Program-made: the position numbers and the translations under genes
Shown here: positions 62,721 to 64,000 of the stretch, piece after piece
Layout: each line of letters starts with the position of its first letter
Numbering within the stretch: the first letter of the stretch is position 1
Source of the DNA: Phaeosaccion multiseriatum
Lineage: Eukaryota; Protista; Ochrophyta, other classes
Length of the DNA: 64,000 nt
Direction of reading: 5' to 3'
Assembly (NCBI GenBank): GCA_965112735.1
Contig: OZ218961.1
Coordinates: forward strand, 2,604,001 to 2,668,000
The notes under the pieces: generated by a model
What the model saw: only the letters and a program-made list of their open reading frames with translations
The model's database searches: none
Told to the model about the DNA's origin: nothing

Positions 62721-64000
62721 ATGTCCGGCGTGCGGAAGGGCGAGCGGGAAGCACTCGTGGCTTTCTTTCTCGCCACGAACGGCGCCACGGCTGGACCAGG
62801 CTGGCATGAGGAAGGATGGAACAGCACCACACCCGTGAGCGACTGGCACGGTGTGACTGTGGATAGCGAGACCATTACGAGGCTCGAGCTGGAAGCTGTA
62901 GAGCTTATGAGAGGTGAGGCAGGAAGGTGCAAGAAGAAGCGACCTGCCCCCCCACTTGTGGCTGAGCGCAGCACGAAGCCATTGATGTGGTAGTAGCGAT
63001 CATAGGTGCATTGTTTCGGTACCTGACTCCGCCTCCCTTCCATTGCCCTCTGCGGGAGCAGGCCCCATCCCGCCGCAGCTGGGAGACCTCAAGAGCTTGC
63101 AAGTGCTGCAGCTGGAGAGCAACAAGCTCAGCGGTGAGTGGGGAGGAGTCTCACTCATGTCCCTTCGCTTCAAGATGCCGGCATGTGTGAACTGAACAAC
63201 CTTCTTGTTTCTGTACCCTCTGCAGGCCCCATCCCGCCGCAGCTGGGAGACCTCAAGAGCTTGCAAAAGCTGGGCCTGAACAAAAACCAGCTCAGCGGTG
63301 AGTGGGGAGGAGTCTCACTCATGTCCCTTCGCTTCAAGATGCTGGCATGTGTGAAGTGAACAACCTTCTTGCTTCTGTACCCTCTGCAGGCCCCATCCCG
63401 CCGCAGCTGGGAGACCTCAAGAGCTTGGAAGTGCTGTACCTGCACAACAACCAGCTCAGCGGTGAGTGGGGAGGAGTCTCACTCATATCCCTTCGCTTCA
63501 AGATGCTGGCATGTGTGAACTGAACAACCTTCTTGCTTCTGTACCCTCTGCAGGCCCCATCCCGCCGCAGCTGGGAGACCTCAAGAGCTTGCAAGAGCTG
63601 AACCTGGGCTGGAACAAGCTCAGCGGTGAGTGGGGAGGAGTCTCACTCATATCCCTTCGCTTCAAGATGCTGGCATGTGTGAACTGAAGAACCTTCTTGC
63701 TTCTGTACCCTCTGCAGGCCCCATCCCGCCGCAGCTGGGAGACCTCAAGAGCTTGCAACTGTTGTGGCTGTTCAAAAACCAGCTCAGCGGTGAGTGCGGA
63801 GGAGTCTCACTCATGTCCCTTCGCTTCAAGACGCTGGCATGTGTGAAGTGAAGAACCTTCTTGCTTCTGTACCCTTTGCAGGCCCCATCCCGCCGCAGCT
63901 GGGAGACCTCAAGAGCTTGCAACAGCTGTACCTGGGTACAAACCAGCTCAGCGGTGAGTGGGGAGGAGTCTCACTCATATCCCTTCGCTTCAAGATGCTG
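62721..64000 (+). CDS. Leucine-rich-repeat protein (plant-type 24-aa LRRs, one per 72-nt exon), truncated by window end; exons 62721-62913, 63062-63133, 63226-63297, 63390-63461, 63554-63625, 63718-63789, 63882-63953
   Basis: N-cap EREALVAFFLATNG..W....W.....VSDWHGVTV, then phase-1 exons GPIPPQLGDLKSLxxLxLxxN[QK]LS separated by 92-nt GT-AG introns. Confidence 0.93.

Noticed and set aside
63138-63922. Repeated small ORFs MGRSLTH... and MQALEVSQ...
   Set aside because: Intron-spanning or antisense by-products of the 164-bp LRR cassettes.

Overview
Gene-dense, intron-rich eukaryotic nuclear DNA. It most likely comes from a flagellated ochrophyte (stramenopile alga): there are ASAFAP-type bipartite plastid presequences, a PsbQ'-type protein, a stramenopile-style P2 C-terminus and ciliary B9D2. 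I assembled about 17 spliced protein genes by eye: a membrane protein, a plastid NAD(P)-binding oxidoreductase, a PPR protein, an ankyrin protein, a hypothetical protein, GPN1, SPT3, RPLP2, a Josephin DUB, an MRS2/CorA + EF-hand protein, a Tat lumen protein, a Cys-rich mucin-like protein, DDB1, B9D2, PsbQ', MANF/ARMET and an LRR protein running off the window end. Most ORFs in the supplied track are microsatellite artefacts. Four things stand out. (1) A tandem array of nine complete 87-nt genes folding as eukaryotic 9/4 tRNA-Sec (anticodon UCA), plus a fragment, at 56231-57654, head-to-head with psbQ'. (2) An LRR gene built of 164-bp exon+intron cassettes whose introns are nearly identical while four exposed codons per exon are hypervariable. 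(3) An unexplained dispersed motif, AGTTGGTGATACA, found exactly at least nine times, mostly inside (CAG)n tracts of unrelated coding exons, in different reading frames and mostly in sense orientation. (4) Polarised, mutually complementary microsatellites at intron ends. All calls are manual; no database searches were run, and exon boundaries are predictions from GT-AG sites and reading phase.
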